Shown here piece by piece: positions 1 through 11,499 of a stretch of 64,000 nucleotides of DNA (the first letter of the stretch is position 1; the number at the start of each line of letters is the position of its first letter). The notes under the pieces were generated by a model that did not search any database, was not told the origin of the DNA, and saw nothing but the letters and a program-made list of their open reading frames with translations. The DNA is from Raillietiella orientalis (taxonomy: Eukaryota), in contig JAYWIR010000015.1 in the NCBI GenBank assembly GCA_036172245.1, forward strand, positions 2,108,001 through 2,172,000. Reading direction: 5' to 3'. The translations under genes were made by a program, and so were the position numbers.

Positions 1-504
1 CCACGCTTGGATCGCCGCTCAGGAGAACCCGACGGCGCAGTTTGCCGGCGGTGGTCTGCAAGCTGTTCGACTCACCGAGGGCGCGCGTGGATTCCTGAGT
101 GAGAGTCACCATGACATCCATTTAGGACCGGAAAATTGGTTTCCATCGAGACACCCTTCCTGGATTCTTTGACGAGAGCGCGCCAACCGAAGTTGCACCG
201 AGCGGACCGCACCAGCTTGTTTGTTACTGCTACCACCGCGAGCGTCTCCAGAAAAGAGAGGGAAAACGAAGGTGCGAGACGGATGCTGGGAACGGATTTT
301 GAGGAAACAAAAAAAAAAAACAGAGGAGGCGGAGGGAGGGAGGGGGGATTATAATGTAAAAACACTACATGGATGTGTAGAGTGTGCTTATTGCATCAAC
401 CTGAAAAGCTTCCTGGACAACCGCGCTCCCCAGCTCGAACGCCGACACTCTGACCGTCGATCGATGGGAAAAAGGTACCGAAAACGAAGGCTGCCATCGC
501 AGTT

Positions 505-580
505 TCGTTGGCATTCCGTGCGTACTGCGCTTTGGTGGATCCGGGTGCATCTGCATCCTTCCTTCCTTGCCGAGACGCAA
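505..580 (+). pseudogene. Retroviral-type aspartic protease fragment (LTR retrotransposon relic)
   Basis: One frame reads AFRAYCALVDPGASASFL (ALVDPGAS at 529-552), resembling the ALxD(S/T)GAxxSF protease motif; flanked by stops. Confidence 0.4.
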
Positions 581-899
581 ACGTACACCATGTGTAATGT
601 AACGCATGTAGGGAAGTGGTGAATAACATGCGCTCGTGCCATGAGCTTCTGTTTTCAGCTCTGTCGAATGCTCATAAGAATGCATGTTCATGCGGTTCCA
701 TACACCACACGAAATGCTGTGATGTAGGTGATGTTCACACTGCCGGCTACCCCACTCGACCCCCTTTCACTGATCCTGAATTCGATTCGATGGCATTTTG
801 CTTGTTTTACTTTCTAAAAATTGCTGTCTCACTTTCTAGAAAACTTCGCAGTCGGCTCAGCTGCCCAACAACACATAAAAGGGTGGATCACTGAGAACG

Positions 900-2040
900 G
901 CGCGCCACCCTCGCTCACCCCGGTCAACCCGAAGCGACAGTATTCTCTCTCCCTCTTTAACGGTTCCAGCGGATGCGAGTGGAAACGATCTCCAGCATCT
1001 TCGGCGCGCAGAAATGCTGGAAAACTGCTAGGATGAATAGGCGGGAATGGAGGGGAAAAAAACATTTTTTCTCCCCCATCTCGGTGAAGAGCTGGGAGCA
1101 CGGATGCCATCCGACGCTCGTGCTGCAAGGCGAGGTCGGCGAAAATCTGTTCGTGTCAGAGCGAATCCTCGAATCGCGCGGATCGTTCCCGATGGTCGGC
1201 CGCGTAGCCCAGAACCGAGGAGGGCATTCGGTTGAGTGGCAGCAGCCAGCTGATTCCATCACTCCATCACTTCCATCACAGGCAAGGAACACGATGTAAT
1301 CGCCGGGCGGTTCCCGAATGAGGGTCTTCGGGGCTGTCAGACGCACCCTGGCTGCAGCAACCTTTGGTCGAGAGAAAATGCGCAGTTCGGTGCCCAGCCG
1401 GTACGGCAGACACATGAAGCCGCGTGTCCAACGAAGCAAAGGAATGCAAGCCGACCGAAAATAACACTGCAACCTGAAATCAGATGATGCCTCCTCCCCC
1501 GCGATGGTTCCGAGAAGAGAAAATAAAAATAAAAATTCCTTCCTTTCAAGGAGAAGTCGGGACTTCAAACTCAAAAGGAACGAATGACCGTTCGTTTAGA
1601 GCGGCTGGCAGCTCCTGTTTAGATTTTGGGCTCCTCGCTTCGTTGCACAAAGAGAAAATTGATGGCGAAATCCCTGATAACTTCTGATTTCTCCTTCCCC
1701 CCCTCTCACACCTCTCTTCTCCTTTAAAGCCATGGACTGATAATCCTTCGTGGGATGAAATCCACTGGTGCGGGAGGTGCATTTCTTGGATTTTCTGTTG
1801 CACCGGGAAAAGACGGAGACTTCTGGAAGTTCAACCAGTTGCCGTACCATGATGTCTGAATGGTTTCCCTCTCCTCCGTGCTGACGGACAGCGACAGCCC
1901 TGCAGACTGCTCCATCGAATGTCGTCCTTCGAGCTTTCAAAAGATCTACGGAAGAAAAAGGGGAGGGATAGGTGCTTCTTGGATTCCAGTTCGAGTCCAA
2001 GTGCTGCATACGCTCTCTTGAACAGAAATCTGCCACGGGC
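900..2040 (-). mobile_element. Degenerate L1/Tx1-like ORF2 fragment (EN-RT linker to RT domains 1-4)
   Basis: GTELRIFSRPKVAAARVRL resembles N.D.KI.AK.LA.RL; SVGWHPCSQLF resembles QG.PLSPLLF; the linker is shared with 2629-2767. Confidence 0.5.
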
Positions 2041-2767
2041 TCACGTGAAGCTTTAGGTTTGCAAAAAGGGGTCGGCAGGTCGGACCCGAAAGGAACTTGG
2101 AGGGAGAGTCGTACACACTTTACGACTCACACGCTGTAGTCAGTGTATTCCGAAGGAGGAGAGTTTTTTTTTTTTTTTTTTGTATGGAAAAGGGAGATCC
2201 GGAGTGGAGATATAAGTTTTTGTGCGCGTTTTCCTCGTGCCCCTCGTGTTTTCAGTAAAACGGACACAGCGGTCCCGTAGGGCAGCAGCGCACCATCGGC
2301 TTGGCAAACCGACTCTGCGATTCGTCTTCCCTGTGATCCAAGGCCTGAGAGCACGTGAACCACTCGTGGTCCATCCACATGCCTCTCGCAGAGAATAAAA
2401 AGTTTCCTGCCCATTCCTGCCCTGCGCCCTTCCGATCAGGCAATCCCCAGGACGGAAGCATCAAACTCGGTGAAATCAGCAGCAGCCTCCGGAAAACGCA
2501 ATCTCTCGTCCGCGCCGTCTTCCTCTCCTCCGCACACGCGTAGTCGGCACGCGCCACGAATTTGCTCGCCCTCTCTCTAGCGGTCGCAATGCGAACTACC
2601 AAGGATAAAGAACTCTTCGTTTCTCTGCTCTTGGATTTTCTGCTGCACCAGAAAAAAACGGAGGCTTTCGGAAGTTCGACAAGCCGCCGCACCATAATGC
2701 CTGTCCGAATGGTTTCCCTCTCCTCCGTGCTGACAGACAGCGACATCCCTGCAGACTGCTCCATCGA
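1784..2767 (+). repeat. About 135-bp direct repeat pair (1784-1918 and 2629-2767)
   Basis: Both read TCTTGGATTTTCTG...GAATGGTTTCCCTCTCCTCCGTGCTGAC.GACAGCGACA.CCCTGCAGACTGCTCCATCGA with scattered substitutions. Confidence 0.9.
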
Positions 2768-2770
2768 GTC
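2250..2770 (-). mobile_element. Degenerate L1/Tx1-like ORF2 linker fragment
   Basis: GIMVRRLVELPKASVFFWCSRKSKSRETKSSLSL resembles the L1/Tx1 EN-RT linker; 2629-2767 is a direct repeat of 1784-1918. Confidence 0.45.
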
Positions 2771-3329
2771 AGCGTCAGCAATCGAAAGAGAGCCTCTGGG
2801 GAGCGCTCGCTTTCCACTCTGTTCTCCGGGCAGTGGATCTTTTCCCAGAATTCTCCACGATGATTGTTTTGTGCGTTTATTCCACTTTATTTTATGCGCA
2901 CAAGTGATCTAAAGTTATCAGGGAGCCGTTCTTTCACTTGGGCTGAAGGGAAGTTTTCGGACCCCGACCAGGAATGGTCAAAACGGATCATCTGGGTGAT
3001 CCGCTAACGCGAACGGAAATTACACGAACACCCTTCCGGGCTCCTGATCTTTGGGAAAAGGAAAGCCAGAAGCAGCCCAACGGGAAGACGCCTTCAAAAG
3101 CAAAGATCCAGAGCAAAAAGATCAGCTGGTTGCTACAACAAAGATCCCTCCCCACAGCAAAGATTTCTCGAGTTCTTGAAAACTTGCATAAAGGTGCAGT
3201 TGAGACAGCAAACAGCAACAACGCCACGGAAGTGGCGTTGTGGCACGGAAGCATCTGAAGCTCGAGTGCAGCCAAATGGGAAAACCTGCCTGTCTCCACG
3301 CCCGTGGGCTGCTTTCCAGCTGCCGACGC

Positions 3330-4050
3330 ACTCTAACTCATTCCTTTTAAGAAGTGGACTACTTTTGTCTGTCCGGAGCTCTCATGGGTCAGCGAGATTT
3401 CTAGGTGAAGCGGCGACGTACCCCTATTCGGCTAGTCAGAGCGAAGCTTGGGCCGTTCTCGTAGAAACGACCTTGCGGACAGTTCCCAGTGTGCCGGTCA
3501 ACAGCTGCAAAGATGCAGGGTGTGGAAGAAACTGGCCCAGGATGTTCGTAATAGGAATATGACAGAGCTGATCAGGAAGGGTTCCGGCTGCAGCACAGCA
3601 ATATTCTGTCGAGACAAGCTGAAAAAACCGCGGGCAAATACCACGCTGCTGACACAATCTGCGTCGGCGACCGGCACCTTGAGCCATCGAGGCGTCCTGG
3701 TCAGAAGAAGCGAAATGACTGCTGCCACCTAAAGCACTTCTTGCTTTCGGTATCATTTGGTTCGGTTGGAGCTCTGCATACCCTGACGAGACTCAGCTCG
3801 TCAGGCAGCAGGCTTCAAGAATCGTGGAATCAGCCAGAACGATCACCCGGAATGCACTCGGTTGCTTATCCGAGTGAATTGCATCCTGAGGCAAACATGG
3901 AAGAAGAAGAAAGAAGAGTCGAAGGCAAATGATTCAGAAAAGCAACAAAGTCCTTCAAGAACCTTCAAACTTGTCGTGAGGAATTGGTTTCAGATTTTCC
4001 GGTACTGGAATCCATGCTCATCGAAGGTGGACCACACGGCCGACTTCTGT
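3330..4050 (-). mobile_element. Degenerate L1/Tx1-like RT fragment
   Basis: AVISLLLT resembles RPISLLN; ELRTDKSSPLL resembles GLRQGDPLSPLL; many frameshifts. Confidence 0.45.
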
Positions 4051-4599
4051 TCCGATGCGATCCGCAACGAGAGAATGGAGGGGAGGGGGGGAGGGAGGCT
4101 AAGTTGTGCGTGACAGAAGATGAATGGACTTTGGAGGGTAGAATGAGGAACAATTAAGAAGGGCTGAGCTCCGTAGGACTTTCTGAAAAGAGAGCCGAAC
4201 TTGAGTGGGAGTCGCAGAAAGATCCAAGGATGCCTCTGCGTGAGAAGCGAAGTCATCATGGGCTTCTTAACGGTGAAGGAGAGCTCGGGCAGTGGCGAAC
4301 CCAAAAAATACCCGGAAGTAAATTGAAATTCATAGCGACCGCAGCAGAAAGATGATGGAATAGCAGACTGTTGGTTGATGCATCTCTGCATAGCAAGCCG
4401 AACAGAACGTTCGGAGTATCAGAAGGACCGAAAGGCTGTCCTGCCGCACGTGAAGCAGGGAAAAATGTTGGATGACAAACGGTGCAGTGATCTGATGAAA
4501 GATAGAAGAGCTTATGGAAAGATAGACTGAACATGCAGATAGATTCTAGAACATGCAGCTTGGAAACAAAAGAGCTTTGTGGTGGTGCTTGCATCATCC

Positions 4600-5960
4600 G
4601 CAGATAGACAAAGACTCGGGAAGCTTGGACTGTACTCTATTATGTGACGGGCTTCATGGTGCTTTCTGGACGTGCTGGAGGAGCAGCTGCACAAAACAGA
4701 GCACTTGCAAAGAAAGCGAGGAGGCGATGCGCATCTGGCGAGAAAGGAACCGCAAGTTCCTGTGACACAAAGTAATGCCTCAAGTGATCTCAAGTAATTT
4801 CTGAGAATACTGGCGAACCGAAACAAGAACAAAATGCAGACGATCAGTGCAGCACGCTGCAAGAAGAGATGTGCATGGAAAGATCACTTCACGTGTAGGA
4901 AGAGACTTATAAGGAACCGACAAGGTTTGGTTCGGAAGACTTCGTGGGCTATTGATCTCTATAGACTCTTCTTCAATAGTAAATCCATGGAGTCGAATAA
5001 CGGAAGCTGTGGTCGAGATGCAAAGCTGCCATATGATTTTGACTGGACTGGATTTGTGGGGAGCAGGAACTTTATGCAACGATGAATATTTCTACCCGAC
5101 ATTTTTTTTCTTTTTTTGCTTCAACTATGCGCCAGTAAAACACCAGTGCTGCCAACTTTTGCTGACTTGTTGCACTTTCCGGACCCGGCTGACTCAAATA
5201 TCTGTTTGACCACGTATGTTACGACATGAAGATCATCGTCTTAGCCACCTCCCATCATTATTTTCCACACTACCTACCCTTTACAGCCTGCAAGATGGGA
5301 AAGAAGCATTCGTTTCCAGATGAATGAAACGGTCAGAACTTGAAAAATTGCAAATGCAAGGTTGCAGCAGCTGGAGGCGACGGGATTGAGTTTCGCTAGG
5401 CTCAACAGTGGAACCTGCTCATAAGAACACAGTTTACAGTAACCGAAAAAGGGAGAATAAATAGCCATCCACATCGGAAAGATGTTCGAGAACAGGCTGC
5501 GCATTTTCCTCTTTGCATCTTGTAAGACGCTTGAGGAAACACGTTAGTAATGTCTGCAAGCTAAAGCCGTTGCTAATTGGGGTACCAAGTGCACAGGAGA
5601 CATGGAAATGGATGCATGCTAATCCACTTATGCAAATTATGGTTTCCAGCATAAAGTGTTTTCTGAAAGAATCCACTCCAATTCATACTGACTGGAGCAT
5701 TTTTCAAAAGAAAAGGAGTCGATGGCATTCATTCACGCCATGGTCCTTTTAAATAAATTGCGACGATCATTTGCAATTGCAAATTAATTGCTGGAAGTTA
5801 TTCAGACGGGGAGAGAGAGAGAACGAATTTCGTATTCCAAAAGCTGCAAAAAAAAATAGACGAAAATGGACATAATGGAGTATCGTCTGAGTTCCTGTAA
5901 TGGAAAACGCTCTCTATCTATTAGGATGAGAGCAGCATGAGAGAAAATGATCTGAGCTCA
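4600..5960 (+). mobile_element. Decayed Merlin/ISXO2-family DDE transposase
   Basis: Motifs appear in the expected order: DG..FWTC...C (N-terminal Zn ribbon, about 4640-4710), ESTPIHTDW (about 5670-5695), GERERTNFV (about 5810-5835), NGVSSEFL (5874-5897) and SIY*DESSMREN (about 5913-5948, matching the YLDE..WR.N C-terminal signature). No TIRs identified. Confidence 0.6.
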
Positions 5961-7132
5961 AGAAACTTGAGTGCTTTTGTATGACTGCACAAGGTGCCTG
6001 TTGACTTCAGATGCTGAAGCTGTTCCAAACAAACATGAGAGATTAAGGGCTGGCATGAGTGCTCGCGAACACACGACTGCTTCCTGAAAATAAGGAATGC
6101 AGACAGGGAGTAACCCGACGAAGCGAACTCTATGGTTTCATCACCAGGGCCATGTGACAGTCCTGGTTGTTGGGTGTTGTTTTGGCTCTTTGTTGGTAGG
6201 AATCCACCTTATCGTCTCCATGCATGATAGGAAATAGAGCAGACAGCTCCTAGGACCAGTTGTTTTGGGGAAAAAGGATTGAAAATTTTCTCGGTCTACC
6301 CCGGTTTCGGATCATGGTACAGCATAAAACGCAGATCCTCAGCTTCAGTGAGATGAGCCCATGTGCTAGTGACCTTTAAATTGTTTTGTCGTCGGAAACA
6401 ACTGTGGCCAACATCCTCTCCCATAAACAAACGAATTAAAAACAAATTTATGCAACTGAGAGGGAAGAAAAATCCACTCCTGCGCCCATCCTGCAGCTTT
6501 TACATCCCGATCGATGCCGTTTCGATTTCAGTGGTTAAATACAAAAAAAGTGCCCAGATTCAAAGCATCGGAAACGAAACAGGAAAATTATGACATCACT
6601 GGAAGAGCATATGATTTTTTTTTCCTTTTCCAACGAAGAATACTGTGTTTTGGATCTATGGGTTTCCTAACTCCGCTCTCTTCCTCTAGTGATGACCTTC
6701 GTTTATATGTCTGTCTGAGAGAACTATACAAGGCAAAAACGGTCATCCGCTTCCCGGTTTTTCATTTTTAGTACTGCTTATCCGTTTCCACAGGGATGAA
6801 AAAACTGTTTGACGGGCACACCACCAAACACCACAAAAAAGGAGTCTAAAAATTCCTCCTACGTGTAAATGTTTCACTAGTGTTTCTGCTTGAGCCTTGT
6901 TTACGACGGCACTTGGCATAAATTCACATTTCGCTCGTAAGCTCAATTCGAAACGAATTTTATTCCGCCATGTTTCTCTCGTTGCGAGTCGCAGAACCGG
7001 AAATTAATACTGTGAGAACCTTCCTATGCCATTCGTCTTCGCACTCGGTGTTTACCATATTCGTTTGAAGGAAAAAAGAAAAAGAAAAAAAACATGAGAA
7101 AAGCTGTGGCTCATATTTGAAAATGATGCGGT

Positions 7133-8130
7133 TTAGAATGGCGTAACGTGGCTCATCCTAGTGTTTGCTTGAGCCGATCGTGGCTGCTGCAGCGCTGCCG
7201 AACAAGCATGGTGCACATCTCCGTTTCCATGGCGGCACGGAACTTGTCTCTCGAAGCAGTTGAGGACTGATTCTGCATCGGTTCTTTTGCGTCTCTGGGG
7301 GCAAATCTGTTGAAGCAACTTTTCTGATGGCACCAGCCACCAAAATTCTGAGCTTTCGAATGATCGAAAGAACAGTGCAGCTTTCCTGACAGAAAATGAA
7401 AGCACAAGGCATCTAATAAGCAGCCAATTCATTAAAGTGCTCAGAATAAACAGCCGTGGAATTTCCTAAGACAATGGGTGCCCCTAGCGAAACAGCGATA
7501 ACAAAAACGTTTTTTTTTCCCCTCACTCCAGCAACGAAGAAGTTTTGTACAGAATAAGAACAGCATTGAGCCGAAAATGGTTAAAATCACGCCCATTCCT
7601 TCTGTGAGGGCAGGATCGTAAGCCTTTTTCCCGCTGTGCTTTCGTAATCTTCACATGAAAGCATCCGCAAGAGAAGCCGCATCAGCACAGTGAAACCGCG
7701 GAGAGCAGGCCGAAATGGAACCAACAACAGAGACCAACAAGAAGAGCGCCTTCCTTGGAGAGTGGAAAAATGGAATAACGACGGCTGCCATGGCTGCTCC
7801 GTCTCCAGAGCAGCCGGATCGAAACTGAGCACGTCGGCAAGGAAGTTTCTTCCCTCTGTGATTGCGACCCAAGCCTCACGCTGCGGAGGGAGCCATCCTC
7901 CCCACGAATGCTTGAATGATGCCGGAGTAAACAAGGAATAGAAGAACGTCGCTGGCGGGGGCTCACTCTTTGTGACGTGCTCTCGGTTGAATGGTTTTTC
8001 CAGCACCCGATCGAAAGTGAAGTTGTCTAAATCCAAACATGCGATGGAACGATTCTGACGGAAAATAATGGCGTTTCCGAAGGGAAGCCCTCCAATCGAA
8101 ATTAAGTGGCTGGCCATATTGCGCACACTT
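7133..8130 (-). mobile_element. Degenerate L1/Tx1-like RT plus thumb fragment
   Basis: IACLDLDNFTFDRV resembles LD.EKAFDRV; FLADV resembles YADD; LSFSVRKAALFFRSFESSEFWWL resembles LS..GK......S.LWY. Confidence 0.65.
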
Positions 8131-8689
8131 CACCCTTTCCTTTCGGTTTCCTGCGAATGATCAGCACCCGTACGGTACGTCGCTCAGTATGATACCTCGG
8201 TAACCAGATGTTACCAAATGCTCACTACATCAGTGTGGACGTCTATCTGCAAGCCTTAATCGACTCTTTCCTAATAACTTAATGTGACGTCCAGCCATCT
8301 CTTTGCGCCCAGCAACTGGCATCATTCGCCATACATTCCCGAAGAAAAAGATGTGGCACATTGCAAACGGACAGTTGGTGCGTAAAACGGGTGAAGCGAA
8401 AAGCATTCAAATAGCATGTCCAATGCATGCTGTTATGGCCAATGGACTTTAATGGCTACCAATTTGAAAAGCTCGTAGGGATGAAGCTGCAAAGTGGCCC
8501 TGATCCCTACATACAAAGGCAGTTGTTGAATTGATATTTTCGTTGACGAAATCATCAACATGCTTATCCGGCGTTTTCATCCCTACGATTTTTGTATGAG
8601 GATTGCTCTTTTGTGCCTTCCGAAAAGCTGATCTTTGTGCAATGCAAGTGTTTTTTTTTTTCCCCCCCATCATTTCCACATTTGAGCTT

Positions 8690-9560
8690 CGATTTCATCA
8701 TTCGCCTACGAGGACAATTCCTAGAATAAGGTCTGTAGCGAGTGGGTGGGCGATTCCATCCCACCAAGACTTGGAACGATTCGCACCTCCTTCAAACTTA
8801 TGTGCACGCTGACAACTCTGGGGCCTTGGGACGCATGTAAAGGCGAAAAGCAATTCGAGTATCCTCAACAGGACGTGAGACACACTGATCATCCTTGACG
8901 TCCTTATTCTGAGATGCCACCAGCGAAACTGACAGGCAACCACACACACACACACACACACACACAAACAAACACACAAACGAGTTCGTGAAAGTGCTGA
9001 ATGCTTAAGTCCAATTACCATCTTTTGCCCACGTTCTTCTGGCAGAGTATTTTGAACGAGCATCATCTGACACATAACGCAGTAATCGTGTTCACAACTG
9101 CACGTGAGGATGGATTTCGTTCAACGAAAGTCACCGCAGAATCCATGCCAGCGCCGGCAATTCGAGATGAGATTTTCGCGTCGTCGAAATATCAAAGAGG
9201 ACACTGTGATCCAACAGGGAGAGGTGAACGTGGAACATCAGGGAAGGAAGCGAGGGAACGTTAAGAACTCCCGCATGATTCGGAGCCTTGGAGTTCGTGC
9301 TGCTCCTTGTCTTGAGAGAGATGATGATGGCAGGATTCAATCACATGTGCAGTTTCCTGGAACAGGGCCCAAATAGTTCTTCGGAACGAAATCGGGAAAG
9401 AATGCATCCTGTCGAATGGGGTTCCACGGTGGAGCTTTCCGCCGTCTCGCACCGGGTTCGGGAGACGTTCCCCTTCGATTTGGGTTCACGTCTTCTTACT
9501 CAGAGACGCTCGGCGGCTGCTGCTTCTCCACGACTGAAGAGGGAGCAATCCAAATAGCGC
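8690..9560 (+). mobile_element. Degenerate L1/Tx1-like RT5-7 plus thumb fragment, containing a (CA)n microsatellite at about 8941-8978
   Basis: FAYEDN resembles AYADD; DLERFAPPSNL resembles L..F...SGL; TLIILDV resembles KILGV; SSGRVF resembles LS..GRV. Confidence 0.45.
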
Positions 9561-10329
9561 GGTCCCGGACGCAGTGCTCTGAAAAATTGCTTTGAGCTGG
9601 ATGCTTGTGATGTATTTGAGCCTGCAGAGCGAGAAAGGAGGTTTTCAGAACGAGACTTTGCTGCGAATGGAATGGAAATTCTATTCCCGCTTCTTATACT
9701 TCCACAGGTTTTAAAACTCTCTGTAGAAACCTGAGCACGCTGTCTTCCTGGGGTTTGCGTGATTTTTTTTGTTATCTTCCTTCAACCTGTGCCATGAGTT
9801 TCCAAGAGACTGACACTCGAAACCCATCTATTCCGCATTCGTAGTCATGGTACAGAGACTCTGGGTGTCCTGATGTTCACACACGAGGCTCCTCGAATAG
9901 ACAAGCAGGATGCCTCTGTCTATATAGTGGCGCTTCTCATCACAGAGTGGAGACGTCGCCACGCCTGCATCCACAGGTACAGCTTTAGTTTCTGGATGCT
10001 CCGAGCATTTCCATTTCTGCTTCCGCTTCGTGTGCTTTCGTTCCCAGAGAAGAAAAAGGAAAAGATACTGATCATCTTTCTGATCTCATGAAAAGACAGT
10101 TTCCACGTAGAGTCATTCCTCACGCGTGCTCCGAAAAAACTTCATAAGGTCTTCGTGTTTGTTTTCGAGTGTTGCCAGCATGTTGTGGCCAGCGAATGTC
10201 ACTGAGATGGAAACGAAATTTTCTTTTTTCTAATTTGAGTGTTCGAAGCCGATGGGCTGGAATCGCTCATCGTTCCCTTTTTCACTTTCTGCCACCGAAT
10301 CCACTTTTGATGATGAAGGGTATACATGA

Positions 10330-11445
10330 GAGCAGGTGCGCTTAGATATCCAAGAGAAGCCTAAGATCAGAGAAGAAGGCACACTCTACGTGGATTGATA
10401 AGGAAACACAGATGTGCTCGGAAGCCTCCACTTTTTCAAGGTGAGAGTCCGATGCAGATCGACATAAATTCAACAGATTGGAAGCTGCTCGGTTAAAGTT
10501 TTGTCTCGATGCGGATAAATAGAAATTAGTCTGAAAAGACGAATGAGCCATGAGAAGGGATCCGTCAAAGAAGCAGTGAGCGTACAACACGAATCTTATG
10601 CTGGAGAAATTACCGTAGCAATGAGGACGCTGCAATCCTTCGGCACAAAGTGTATGGCAGGATCTCAAAGGCAGACAATGAAGTGCTCCTAATCTTCTAA
10701 GATCTAACGAATTCCTGGGGAACATTACATCCGATTACTGATTCGAGAATCTGACCCTTGAACTCTTCCCACTCGAGCCAGATCAGTATTATGATAAGCA
10801 CACTGGATCGTCAATTCAGAGAGGAACAGAAGCCTCCACGCGAAGAGATGAGGACCACTACCATTTTATTTTATTTTTATACCCATAAAAAAAGTCCTAA
10901 AGCAGAATGAGAGTTATAAATAGGATTTTTGGAGCAGAGCATGAGAGTAAGCAAAGGAAGAAGCCGATCCACTAGATGTCTCCCCAGAATAAATGCTTTG
11001 GGAGAAAAAGGACCATTATGTCTTTAATATGGAAAGTAAAAGATCTGGGTAAAGGATGTGGACGTGATGGAGGAAAATTGGGACAACTCATGACGACGGC
11101 TACACATGTGATTTTTGAAAGCTTGCAAAGAGGCAGAGAATCCAGAAGCTTCCAAATCAGACTGCTGGTAGCAGGTCAGGCACCATCCTGAGGGTTCGTG
11201 AGAGGAAGAGGAGAAGACAAGTAATCGAATCACTTGGGGCTGTAGTTGGGATCCGTGTTCCTCCCAGCGAGAAACGGTTTGCACTCCGGAACTCTTGGAC
11301 GTTGGTTGTAAACAATAAACGTACATTAGTAGGACTCCAGATCCTAGCATGCCCTGTCCATAGAGGGCAGTTACCGTGTAACCATTCCGCTGACCCGCGA
11401 GATCTGCTTTGGGAAGGCAGAGAAAAGAATAAATAAATAGAAAGC
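10330..11445 (+). mobile_element. Possible non-LTR retrotransposon 3' fragment with A-rich end
   Basis: KGCGRDG...TTATHVIFES resembles the C-terminal C..C...ET..H.F..C motif; ends in AATAAATAAATAGAAA (about 11428-11443). Confidence 0.35.
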
Positions 11446-11499
11446 ATTTGTTTATTTTACGAGACGTAATGGCGAGACGTGTTGTAACAGTAGGAAAAA

